Origin: Bacteroidota bacterium
GTDB taxonomy: Bacteria; Bacteroidota; Bacteroidia; Bacteroidales; JAIFNL01
Direction of reading: 5' to 3'
NCBI GenBank assembly: GCA_020047755.1
Contig: JAIFNL010000144.1
Coordinates: forward strand, 1 to 61,603
DNA length: 61,603 nucleotides
Part shown: one piece after another, positions 17,093-26,102 of the stretch
How the letters are laid out: every line of letters starts with the position of its first letter
How positions within the stretch are numbered: position 1 is the stretch's first letter
The notes under the pieces: generated by a model
What the model was told of the DNA's origin: nothing
Seen by the model: only the letters and a program-made list of their open reading frames with translations
Databases searched by the model: none
Translations under genes and position numbers: made by a program

Positions 17093-17785
17093 ATGAAAAA
17101 ATGCAACAACGGACATTATTACAATCCCGAAAAAAATAGCTATTGCCCTTATTGCCCGCAACCAGAAGGGCAAAATAATATCGACAGCAACAAAACCAAG
17201 CTTCAAGATAATAAAGGAGACAAAACCGAATTATTGGGTGGAAATAGCAGTAATCCTTTGAAAACTAGTGCTTTTGAGCCGCAAAAAAACGAACATAACA
17301 AAACACAGATTTTCGATAACAACGGTAATGAAACTGAAATATTTGACAAATCGAGCAAAAAATCAAGCGATTTTGCCGAAAGCAATCAGCAAGATTGGAA
17401 CAAAACTTACATAGGTATAAGCGAAGACGAGACAGATGACGATTTTGGTGCGCAAAAAGAAGCTCCCAGAGCACAGCGCAAACTGGTTGGCTGGCTTGTT
17501 TCATTTACAATTGACCCGCTTGGCATCGATTTTAGGCTCTACGAAGGGAAAAATATGATAGGTTCGGCACCCGGAAACGAAATTACAATACTTGGCGACA
17601 AGCTCGTTTCGTCGAAACACGCCACTATTTTGTTTAGAAATGGAAAATACAGATTAAAAGACGAATTTTCGACCAACGGAACCTATTTAAACGGTTCAGA
17701 CCTTGACGATGAAGTACTTAACCTTACTGACGGCGATATTATAAAAGTAGGTTCTACTCTGCTAAAATTCCGCTCGGCGTTTTAA
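17093..17785 (+). CDS. Zinc-ribbon, disordered linker, FHA protein
   Basis: N-terminal CNNGHYYNPEKNSYCPYCP (CxxH...CxxC ribbon). The middle is low-complexity and rich in N/K/S/E. The C-terminal FHA reads IGSAPGNEITI...VSSKHATI...FSTNGTYLNG. Confidence 0.8.
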   Translation: MKKCNNGHYYNPEKNSYCPYCPQPEGQNNIDSNKTKLQDNKGDKTELLGGNSSNPLKTSAFEPQKNEHNKTQIFDNNGNETEIFDKSSKKSSDFAESNQQDWNKTYIGISEDETDDDFGAQKEAPRAQRKLVGWLVSFTIDPLGIDFRLYEGKNMIGSAPGNEITILGDKLVSSKHATILFRNGKYRLKDEFSTNGTYLNGSDLDDEVLNLTDGDIIKVGSTLLKFRSAF

Positions 17786-17862
17786 ATTTTAATTTCTTTT
17801 GGTATTTTTTCTTAAAAGATAATTAATTAAAAGATTAATTTAAAATTATAAAAATATAAGTG

Positions 17863-19494
17863 ATGAAAAAGCTAAAAATTACCTTATTTTTTATTTTAAC
17901 TGTACTTTTTGCATTTTCGCAACAAATAGGAAAAGTAAGTAAAGTAAATGTGGATAAATTTCCGAAAGTAGAATTTACATTAAATTTATACAAACCTGAT
18001 GCTAAGGAAAATAAAGATTTTGAAATTTTTGAAAACCAGCAAAAAATTCAATTTACTTTTAGCAGAACAAATGCGCCCATTGCCGATACTCAAAAGCATA
18101 TTTTGATACTTTTTGAAGACATGACTCATACATCTCATGCCCTGCAACGCGAATATTTTCAATATGTTCTGGAAAATTCACTGCCCAAGTTTGTGAATAA
18201 AGGCGATAAGGTAAATATAGCCGTTTTTGACAGAAACAGAGGAAGTGAAACTTCTTTGCGCTTTTTGTTGGAAAACTATACCGACGATGTGGAGTTGTTA
18301 AAAAATGCAGCTAACACATTTAGAAGTATTTACGATGAACATAGCAACCAAAAAAGTTCAGAACTTTACGACGCGCTAGACGATGGAATGGCTGATTTGC
18401 ATGAAAAGTTTCCCAATAAAAATACCTTCATTTTGGAACTTTCGGCAGGTTTCAATTTAAGCGCGAACAATGCTATAACGCAAGAAGGCTTAATTGCGAC
18501 CTCGCGCGAGTACAGAATACCCATTTACTCAGTGTATTACAACATTTACGACAATAGAACAGACAACGATTATGCAGAGAAATCGTTTGGATTGTTTTTT
18601 CTTTCAGACAAAAGCAGAAACGATAAAGATGCTGCAAAAGAGAAAGTTATAGAATTTATGACCAATGCTTTAAAGCGTCATTATGGATTTAACTACACTT
18701 TTAGTTACGATACAAAAGTAGAACAAGACGGAAAATTGCATACTGTTTCGATAAAGGTTGATGGACAAGCAATTGAGGAAAAATTTCAAGCACCAGCTTG
18801 CGATATTGCTTGTTTCATAAAAAAGAATACAATTTTAGTAGCTTTAATTCTAATTATTATCATTGGTTTTATTATTGGGCTCGTTCTTTTTTTGAAAAAG
18901 AAAAAAGAAAAAGAATTAGCCTTGCAAGCTGAAAAAGAAGCTCAACAAACAGAAAAACTTAGGCAAATAGAGATTCAACGCCAAAAAGACAAGGAAGAAC
19001 AAGTAAAAAAACAAGAGCTACAACAACTTGAAAATGAGCGTTTAGAGCAAAAAATGCGCGAAGAGCGTGAAGAACAGTTGCGTTTTCAACAACGTTTGGA
19101 AGCTGAAAAACTTGCAGAACAGCGTCAGCATGAACAACAACTACTTGAAAAACAACAAGAAGAACAAAACAAGCGACTCACAGAAGAAATGCGCAACAAC
19201 CGCGGAGGTTTCCCTTCGTTGAAAATTGTTTCGCATGGATTGAACAAAGATTTTGTAATAAATAAGCCTATTATTTCTTTTGGAAGAGAAAAACATTTAA
19301 ACGATTTCTTTTTGCAAGAACCCACAGTTTCGGGCAAACATTTTGAAATTCAATATTTTGGAGGTGATTATTTTATTCAAGATGTAGGAAGCACCAATGG
19401 AACAAAAATAAATGGCATGGCAGTTCGTAGGCACAAACTAAAGCACAACGACATTATTCAAGCCGGAAAAGCACAAATGATGTTTGTTTGGTAA
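17863..19494 (+). CDS. Signal peptide, vWA-like domain, TM helix, Q/E/K/R coiled coil, C-terminal FHA
   Basis: Signal peptide MKKLKITLFFILTVLFAFSQQ. The vWA-like strand/helix pattern has a degenerate MIDAS: HILILFEDMTHTS, KVNIAVFDRN, SELYDALDDGMADL, FILELSAGFN. The TM is ILVALILIIIIGFIIGLVLFL followed by KKKKEKE. About 100 aa of coiled coil follow. The FHA reads FGREKH...VSGKHFEI...GSTNGTKING. The vWA call is inference. Confidence 0.75.
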   Translation: MKKLKITLFFILTVLFAFSQQIGKVSKVNVDKFPKVEFTLNLYKPDAKENKDFEIFENQQKIQFTFSRTNAPIADTQKHILILFEDMTHTSHALQREYFQYVLENSLPKFVNKGDKVNIAVFDRNRGSETSLRFLLENYTDDVELLKNAANTFRSIYDEHSNQKSSELYDALDDGMADLHEKFPNKNTFILELSAGFNLSANNAITQEGLIATSREYRIPIYSVYYNIYDNRTDNDYAEKSFGLFFLSDKSRNDKDAAKEKVIEFMTNALKRHYGFNYTFSYDTKVEQDGKLHTVSIKVDGQAIEEKFQAPACDIACFIKKNTILVALILIIIIGFIIGLVLFLKKKKEKELALQAEKEAQQTEKLRQIEIQRQKDKEEQVKKQELQQLENERLEQKMREEREEQLRFQQRLEAEKLAEQRQHEQQLLEKQQEEQNKRLTEEMRNNRGGFPSLKIVSHGLNKDFVINKPIISFGREKHLNDFFLQEPTVSGKHFEIQYFGGDYFIQDVGSTNGTKINGMAVRRHKLKHNDIIQAGKAQMMFVW

Positions 19495-19577
19495 ATTCTA
19501 AATTCTATTATTTTAATAATACTCTAATTTTAAAATTATAAAAAAATAATACTTCTATACAATAAATATAAAACAAA

Positions 19578-21578
19578 ATGGATATATTTGATATAAAGAA
19601 AGATGTATGCAATATAACGCATGAAGGCAAAGTAAGACCTAAAAATGAAGATAATCAGGGATATACTTACACGTCTAACGGTCATATTTTTGTGGTTTGC
19701 GATGGAATGGGCGGGCATGTAGGCGGGCAAGTTGCCTCAAATATAGCCGTTGAAAGTATTATTGAGTATTTTGCCTCGGATAAAAAGCCAGATATATATG
19801 TGGCTATGTGTGAGGCTATTGAGTACGCTAATCGTAATATTTACGAGCGTTCGAGGCAAGATACTAGCTTGGAAGGTATGGGCACAACTGCGGTTTTACT
19901 AGTTATTCAAAACGAAAACTCGTACATAGCGCACGTGGGCGACAGTCGGATTTATCTGCACACCAGCGGGCAGTTGCACCGAGTTACCAAAGACCATTCG
20001 TATGTGCAAAGTTTAGTGGATAATGGCACTATTTCTGACGACGATGCCGAAAGACACCCTCGTAAAAATGAGCTAATGAGAGCATTAGGTATTAGCCCAA
20101 AAGTAAAAGTAGAAGTGGCTTCGCAGCCCATTAGAACAAAAAACGGCGATACTTTTTTGCTATGCAGTGATGGTTTGAATGGCATGGTGAACGACATGAC
20201 CATGGAAGCTACGCTAAATAAAACGCTTAGTATTCAGCAAAAAGGCGAAGAACTTTTGCAGTTTGCACTAAATGCCGGCGGAAAAGACAACATTACTTTG
20301 TCGTTGATAGAAATAAGCAAAAGTCCAAACCCAAAAACTTATTTTATATCGAAATCACCTGAACGTAAGGAAATTCCGGTAACTAATCCCGACATTAAAT
20401 ACACAAAAACACTTGGTGGTAGCGAATTTGGCGAAATAGACACGCAAAAAACCGAAAATCTTTTAAATATAAACAACCAACAACAAGAGCTACCTCTGAA
20501 AAACGAAATAGCAAAAGACACAATAAATAAAGATAACAAAAAAAAGAAAACCTTTTTTATGCTATTGGGAGGAGTAGCTTTTGTTTTATTACTTATTGTT
20601 GGACTGTATGTTACAGGAATTATAGGCTCAAAACCTTACCAGGTTCTTATTTTGAAAGAAAAAGGAAAATTTGAACTTGGAAATTTTGCCACTTTAGACG
20701 AAGCAAAAGAGGAAGCCAGAAATTATATAGAACAAAAGAAATTAAAAGGTAAATTTGAAATTTGGTACATAAAAAATAAATTTGCCAATTTAGAATTTGA
20801 AGAAGACCCAAATTCAACAGTAATTTCAACAGAATCAGGAGATAACAAAACATCTCTTACACAAAATAATAAAAAAGTTTTAATGCCCGAAGGCATTGGC
20901 TGGAAAGCTTTGTACGAAGAATATGGAGTATGTAAATGCTATATTATAGAAGTGAACGACCCAAAGTTGTTTGGTAAAAATAATAGCCTCAAAGCCAATA
21001 CTTCGTACATAATTCCGCTCGATTATTCGAGTAAAGAAGAATACAATCCCAAAAACTATCAAAAATATTTACCGGAAAAAGTGGGTTACGATAACAACGG
21101 AGATTGCTCAAAAATAGGTAAGCAATGTGGAGGCACTTCGGCAACAAACTCAACAAAAGTAACTGATAATAAGACAGAAACAACAACGGAAGAGAAAAAA
21201 GACGACAAGACCGTAACTGACGACAAAACAGATACCAAAATTGAAGAAAAAAAGGAAGAAACAAAAAAAGAATTGACTTACGAAGAAAAGAAAGCGGCTG
21301 CAAAAAAAGATTATGATGAAGCATTTACAAAATATGAAGCGGCAAAGAAGGTAACTATAACAGCAGAAGCAGAGTATAAAAAAATATCAGAAACCAATTT
21401 TCCAATTATAAAAGAAGAAAAGAAAAAAACGGAAAAAAAGCAGGATGCAGAAAAAATAGAACGATTAAACAATGAAATAAGCATAGCAAGTAAAAAGCTA
21501 AAAGATGCTCAAACTGCCGAAAAAACAGCAAAAGCAAACTTAGATAAGGCAAAAATTGAATTGGAAAAGTACAAATAA
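19578..21578 (+). CDS. Membrane-anchored PP2C-family Ser/Thr phosphatase with a large extracytoplasmic C-terminal region
   Basis: PP2C motifs NEDN, VCDGMGGHVGG, GTTAV, HVGDSRIY, LLCSDGL, GGKDNITL. The TM is FFMLLGGVAFVLLLIVGLYVTGIIG after NKKKKT. About 315 aa follow, ending in a K/E/T-rich coiled-coil tail. Confidence 0.9.
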   Translation: MDIFDIKKDVCNITHEGKVRPKNEDNQGYTYTSNGHIFVVCDGMGGHVGGQVASNIAVESIIEYFASDKKPDIYVAMCEAIEYANRNIYERSRQDTSLEGMGTTAVLLVIQNENSYIAHVGDSRIYLHTSGQLHRVTKDHSYVQSLVDNGTISDDDAERHPRKNELMRALGISPKVKVEVASQPIRTKNGDTFLLCSDGLNGMVNDMTMEATLNKTLSIQQKGEELLQFALNAGGKDNITLSLIEISKSPNPKTYFISKSPERKEIPVTNPDIKYTKTLGGSEFGEIDTQKTENLLNINNQQQELPLKNEIAKDTINKDNKKKKTFFMLLGGVAFVLLLIVGLYVTGIIGSKPYQVLILKEKGKFELGNFATLDEAKEEARNYIEQKKLKGKFEIWYIKNKFANLEFEEDPNSTVISTESGDNKTSLTQNNKKVLMPEGIGWKALYEEYGVCKCYIIEVNDPKLFGKNNSLKANTSYIIPLDYSSKEEYNPKNYQKYLPEKVGYDNNGDCSKIGKQCGGTSATNSTKVTDNKTETTTEEKKDDKTVTDDKTDTKIEEKKEETKKELTYEEKKAAAKKDYDEAFTKYEAAKKVTITAEAEYKKISETNFPIIKEEKKKTEKKQDAEKIERLNNEISIASKKLKDAQTAEKTAKANLDKAKIELEKYK

Positions 21579-21594
21579 TGCAAAATAATAAGAA

Positions 21595-22404
21595 ATGTAT
21601 CCATTTGTAAAAGAAAATTTAGAAATAAAGCGTGAATTAGGACGTGGCGGAACGGCAGCAGTTTACTTGGCTTGGGACAAGTGGGCAAAAAAGCAAGTTG
21701 CTATAAAAGCCTTATTTAAAACACGTTACGAGGATAGAATGATTCGCGAAAAATTCAAACAAGAAGCCAATTTGTATCTTTACCTCGAACACCCCAATAT
21801 AGCCGATTTGACCGATTACATTGTAACGCCCGAAACGGATTATATCGTGATGGAATACATTCAAGGCATTAATTTAGAGGAATATATACAAACCAAATCG
21901 GGACCAATTGCCGACGAAAATTTGTTCAAAATATTTACGCAAATATTGCACGGTGTAGCTTATGCTCATCATCAAAAAGTTACGCATTTAGATATAAAAC
22001 CAAGCAATATAATGGTAACTAATGACCTAATAGTGAAAATTTTAGATTTTGGAATTTCGTCCTCGAAAGATGAGAAAATAGAAAATGCCAAGCGCAGAAT
22101 GGGCACGCCCATGTACATGAGCCCCGAGCAAATAGATATGAAAAATGTAGGCAGACAAAGCGATATTTATTCGCTGGGAGTAACTCTACATCACATGGTT
22201 ACAGGTCAATTGCCTTACAAAGGCGGCTCGATAAAAGAAATTTTTCATAAAATTAAGAACGAAAAATTGCCTAAAATTAGAGATATTTATCCTCATGCAA
22301 ATATAAAATTGCAACCAATAATAGATGCTGCAACAGAGAAAAATTTGCAAAAGCGATACAAAACATGCGAAGAATTTGAGTATTTTCTTTCGCAAGCAGT
22401 TTGA
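21595..22404 (+). CDS. Soluble Hanks-type Ser/Thr protein kinase (kinase domain only, non-RD)
   Basis: LGRGGTAAVY (G-loop), VAIKAL (Lys), HLDIKPSNIMV (HLD instead of HRD), ILDFGIS (DFG), GTPMYMSPEQ. 269 aa with no TM. Confidence 0.9.
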   Translation: MYPFVKENLEIKRELGRGGTAAVYLAWDKWAKKQVAIKALFKTRYEDRMIREKFKQEANLYLYLEHPNIADLTDYIVTPETDYIVMEYIQGINLEEYIQTKSGPIADENLFKIFTQILHGVAYAHHQKVTHLDIKPSNIMVTNDLIVKILDFGISSSKDEKIENAKRRMGTPMYMSPEQIDMKNVGRQSDIYSLGVTLHHMVTGQLPYKGGSIKEIFHKIKNEKLPKIRDIYPHANIKLQPIIDAATEKNLQKRYKTCEEFEYFLSQAV

Positions 22405-22440
22405 TTGTTTTTTATAATATAAGAAAAAATTTATAAAAAT

Positions 22441-23421
22441 ATGGAGGTTAAAATAATAGGACGTGCATCGAGTTGCGATTTTGTCGTAAAAGACGAATTT
22501 GTATCGCGCGAGCATTTACAAATCATAAAATATTCCGAAACGGATTTTCGTATTATTGATATTGATTCAACTACCGGAACTTACGTAAATGGGCAAAAAA
22601 TAAAGCCAGAAATTGAAATTTCGGTAGAAAAAACAGATATTATTAAAATAGGAAATACGCTTTTGAAGTGGAATGAATTTTTCAAAAAAGAAAGTAAAAT
22701 GCCTATAAATGACATTTATGCAACAAAACCCGACGACGACAAGCCAGGCAATGCTGAGAATAACAACCGAACCACATTTCCTGAAGAGCTTTACCAAATG
22801 GTGAAAGCTTTTGCAGAAGATGGAATTTATTCAGAAACAGAAAAAGTAACATTAAAAGGCTATTGTACTTCGCATAACATTGATTATGAGAATACTATTT
22901 TACCACTAATGAACAGCGCCATTGACGAAATAAATTTAAGCAACAAACAAAAGGAACAACACCAATCAACTAATAAACAAATAATTACAAATGTAGAAAA
23001 AGAACCAAGTTCTGTTATTTTCGCTACGTTTGGACAACGTTTGGGCGCATTTGTTATTGATGCAATAATTGTTGGCATTTTGGATTTTAGTGCAATTTTA
23101 GTGATAGTATTGACTACAGGAATTGCAACTTCAGATGATGAAGTTGCTTTAAATAATGCAATTCTATTGGTAATTAATTGGTTCTATTTTGCGCTTTTTG
23201 AAAGTTCAAAAGCACAAGCTACTTTAGGAAAACAGGCAATAGGAATAAAAGTAACCAATGAAAATGAAAATAGAATTTCGTTTGCCAAAGCAAGCGGTCG
23301 TTTTTTTGGAAGAATAGTTTCAACCGTAATTCTTTTAATTGGCTATTTGATGCCATTGTGGACAGAAAAAAAGCAAGCATTACATGATATAATCTCAGGT
23401 TGTTTGGTTGTTCGAAAATAA
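22441..23421 (+). CDS. FHA, helical module, RDD-family membrane domain protein
   Basis: N-terminal FHA (IGRASSCDFVV...VSREHLQI...DSTTGTYVNG). The C-terminal ~130 aa carry 3 hydrophobic helices and RDD-type features (FGQRLGAFVIDAII ... ALHDIISGCLVV). Confidence 0.8.
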   Translation: MEVKIIGRASSCDFVVKDEFVSREHLQIIKYSETDFRIIDIDSTTGTYVNGQKIKPEIEISVEKTDIIKIGNTLLKWNEFFKKESKMPINDIYATKPDDDKPGNAENNNRTTFPEELYQMVKAFAEDGIYSETEKVTLKGYCTSHNIDYENTILPLMNSAIDEINLSNKQKEQHQSTNKQIITNVEKEPSSVIFATFGQRLGAFVIDAIIVGILDFSAILVIVLTTGIATSDDEVALNNAILLVINWFYFALFESSKAQATLGKQAIGIKVTNENENRISFAKASGRFFGRIVSTVILLIGYLMPLWTEKKQALHDIISGCLVVRK

Positions 23422-23444
23422 AAAAAGCAATTTATAATTAGCAG

Positions 23445-25016
23445 ATGATAGGAAAAGAGATAAATAATTATAAGATAGAAAGCCTCTTAGGACAAGGAGG
23501 AATGGGCAGCGTGTATAAAGTAATACACTCCGTTTTGAAGCGAAAAGCTGCCTTAAAATTACTACATTTCAACTTTTCGGAAAATCCAAAAGTGTTAGAA
23601 AGATTTAAAAATGAGGCACTTACACTCGACGACCTCAAGCATGAAGCCATTGTTCAGTTAATAGATTATGGAAAATTTGAAAACCGTCCTTTTCTTTTAC
23701 TCGAATACATTGAAGGTGTGCCACTTGACGATTATATAAAAAAAATTTCGGGTCCCATTCCTGAAGAGCGTGCCTTAGAATTGCTATTTCAAATGCTTGA
23801 AGGCATTAATTATGCTCACAAAAAAACCGTTGTGCACCGAGATATAAAGCCTTCAAATTTTATGCTTACGCCCGATGGTAAAATTAAAATTTTGGATTTT
23901 GGAATAGCTAAAATCTTGTCGGACAACAATATGAATATGACCAAAGAGGGACAAAAAATTGGTACTATTCCTTACATGAGTCCCGAACAAATTCAAGGAA
24001 AAATAATCGACACACGCAGCGATATTTACTCGCTAGGTGTAACCTTTTTTCAAATGCTTACAGGTCAAGAACCTTATGAACAATCACTTACAGAATGGGA
24101 CATTTCCAATAAAATTGTTTTTGAGCCTTTGCCCAAAGCAAATTTAATTTATCCTCATATTTCGGAATCGATGCAACATTTAATTGACAAAGCAACCGCA
24201 AAAAACAAAGAAGAGCGTTTCCAAACATGCGAGGAGTTTTTAAAAGAAGTACATGATTTATTGCCTACCAAAAAGGAAAAGCATATTTTGCCCGAAGCAA
24301 AAAAAGATTTGGTAAAAGCAAAAAAAGAATACGCCGATTTGTTTGAAGTTTTTTACGAAGATAAAAATATTTCAAACTCGGAGCGAGAATTGTTGAAGAA
24401 AAAGCAAGCAGAACTATCACTTAGTTCGCTAGAAATAAGTGAAATAGAAAGTTTTATTGTTTTAAAATATTCTAAAAAAGAAAAACAACCTATTAAGTTG
24501 GATAATACAAAAAAAATAGAGCAACTAGTTGTTAATGAAAATAATGTAAATTTCAAAAAAAGTAATGAAAACTCAATTAGAAAAAGAAAAAAAGTAATTA
24601 CCTTTGTAGCAGGTTTTATTTTTATACTTTTTATTGGAATAGTTCTTTTTTCAATTTTTTCTAAAAAAAACCAAAATATTGATTATGAAAGTGTTGATTT
24701 TAAAACTCAGTACATTGGGAAAATGGAAATAGAAGGCAGCGAGGTTTCTATACGGCTAAAAATAAACGAAGTAAAACCAGATTGGACTGTTTACTATGAT
24801 TTCTATTTGAAAGCAGAGCAAAAATTGAGCAACAAACAAGCACGTATAAACACGAAAACAAATGAGATTACTTTTTTGCTAAAAGGAGCTAATAACTCTG
24901 AAAAAGAAGTAATTAAAATATTAAATATTGCCGATATTTCAAAAAATAAAAGTGATAAAATAGTATTAACTTCTCGAAACAAAAACTGGGAACTATCGCA
25001 ATTAATTCAAAAATAA
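23445..25016 (+). CDS. Transmembrane Hanks-type Ser/Thr kinase with an extracytoplasmic C-terminal domain
   Basis: LGQGGMGSVY, AALKLL, HRDIKPSNFML, ILDFGIAK, GTIPYMSPEQ. The TM is ITFVAGFIFILFIGIVLFSIF after RKRKK. A ~115-aa C-terminal domain of unknown family follows. Confidence 0.9.
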   Translation: MIGKEINNYKIESLLGQGGMGSVYKVIHSVLKRKAALKLLHFNFSENPKVLERFKNEALTLDDLKHEAIVQLIDYGKFENRPFLLLEYIEGVPLDDYIKKISGPIPEERALELLFQMLEGINYAHKKTVVHRDIKPSNFMLTPDGKIKILDFGIAKILSDNNMNMTKEGQKIGTIPYMSPEQIQGKIIDTRSDIYSLGVTFFQMLTGQEPYEQSLTEWDISNKIVFEPLPKANLIYPHISESMQHLIDKATAKNKEERFQTCEEFLKEVHDLLPTKKEKHILPEAKKDLVKAKKEYADLFEVFYEDKNISNSERELLKKKQAELSLSSLEISEIESFIVLKYSKKEKQPIKLDNTKKIEQLVVNENNVNFKKSNENSIRKRKKVITFVAGFIFILFIGIVLFSIFSKKNQNIDYESVDFKTQYIGKMEIEGSEVSIRLKINEVKPDWTVYYDFYLKAEQKLSNKQARINTKTNEITFLLKGANNSEKEVIKILNIADISKNKSDKIVLTSRNKNWELSQLIQK

Positions 25017-25041
25017 AAGATAAACTATATACATCAAATCT

Positions 25042-26019
25042 ATGAAAATCAATATTTTACTAATTTCAGCTCTTGTGCTATTGGCTTATGCGTGTGGCGG
25101 TAATTGTGCCGAAGAAAATGCTAAATTAAAAGACCAAATAGCTGAATATGAGCAACAAGAGCAACTAACAGCCTTGGCAATGAACGATTACGATGCGCAG
25201 ATAAAAGAATACAAAACCAAGGACGACTCGCTAAAAATGTTTCGCGATTCTATTGATATTATGACAAATAAAATGCGTTCGAGTGGGAAAGCTAGTGCTG
25301 GCGATAACAAAGCAATGAATAAATACGTAAATGAAATGCGGCGTATATTAGCTGAGAATAAGAAACTTACAGCAGATTTAAGTCAATATGTAGATAGTGC
25401 CGACATTGGAGAAAATCCGGCATTAGTTGTAAAGGTTTTGGCTCAAAACTTAGAAACCAAAGAACGCGAAATAGCTGATTTACAAAAACAAATAGAAGAA
25501 CTCCAAAAAGAAGTAAAAGGCTTAAAAGTTGAATTGACTGTAATTGCCGAAGAAAAACAAAACCTAGAAACCGTAAATCAAGATCTTTCTAATAAAAATG
25601 AAGAGCTTACAGAAGAAGTTAAAGTACTGAAAATAAGCAAAATAACTAATGCAATTTTTAATAAAAACGGAAAAGATATTACAGATAATAAAGTAAAACT
25701 TTATAATTCAATCAGCACATTAGAAGTTTGTTACACATTAGAAAAAAATAAATTTGCTGAAGTTGGAAATCATAACATTTACATTTGCATAATAAAAAAT
25801 GGAACAATTTTAACCAATTCTTCGTCCAATCTTTTTAGTGCAGAAAATGGAAAACAGCTAGGCTATACTATAAAATCAAATGTAAATTACAAAGGTGAAT
25901 TAATACGAACTTGTTCAAAATGGGAAGTTGGCAATAATAAAATAGAAAAAGGATCGTATGAAATTATAATTTATGATGAAAAAGGACGAAAAATAGGTAG
26001 CGATTTATTTAGTTTATAA
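25042..26019 (+). CDS. Lipoprotein with an N-terminal coiled coil and a C-terminal beta-rich domain
   Basis: Lipobox LLAYACGG. There is a heptad-like charged region of ~170 aa. No recognised family. Confidence 0.55.
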   Translation: MKINILLISALVLLAYACGGNCAEENAKLKDQIAEYEQQEQLTALAMNDYDAQIKEYKTKDDSLKMFRDSIDIMTNKMRSSGKASAGDNKAMNKYVNEMRRILAENKKLTADLSQYVDSADIGENPALVVKVLAQNLETKEREIADLQKQIEELQKEVKGLKVELTVIAEEKQNLETVNQDLSNKNEELTEEVKVLKISKITNAIFNKNGKDITDNKVKLYNSISTLEVCYTLEKNKFAEVGNHNIYICIIKNGTILTNSSSNLFSAENGKQLGYTIKSNVNYKGELIRTCSKWEVGNNKIEKGSYEIIIYDEKGRKIGSDLFSL

Positions 26020-26102
26020 TTAAAAACCAATTAAATATGCCACCAAAATACCTTTTTACTTATAAAGAATTTACGCTAAGTTTCATCTATAAATTATAGA
26101 AA

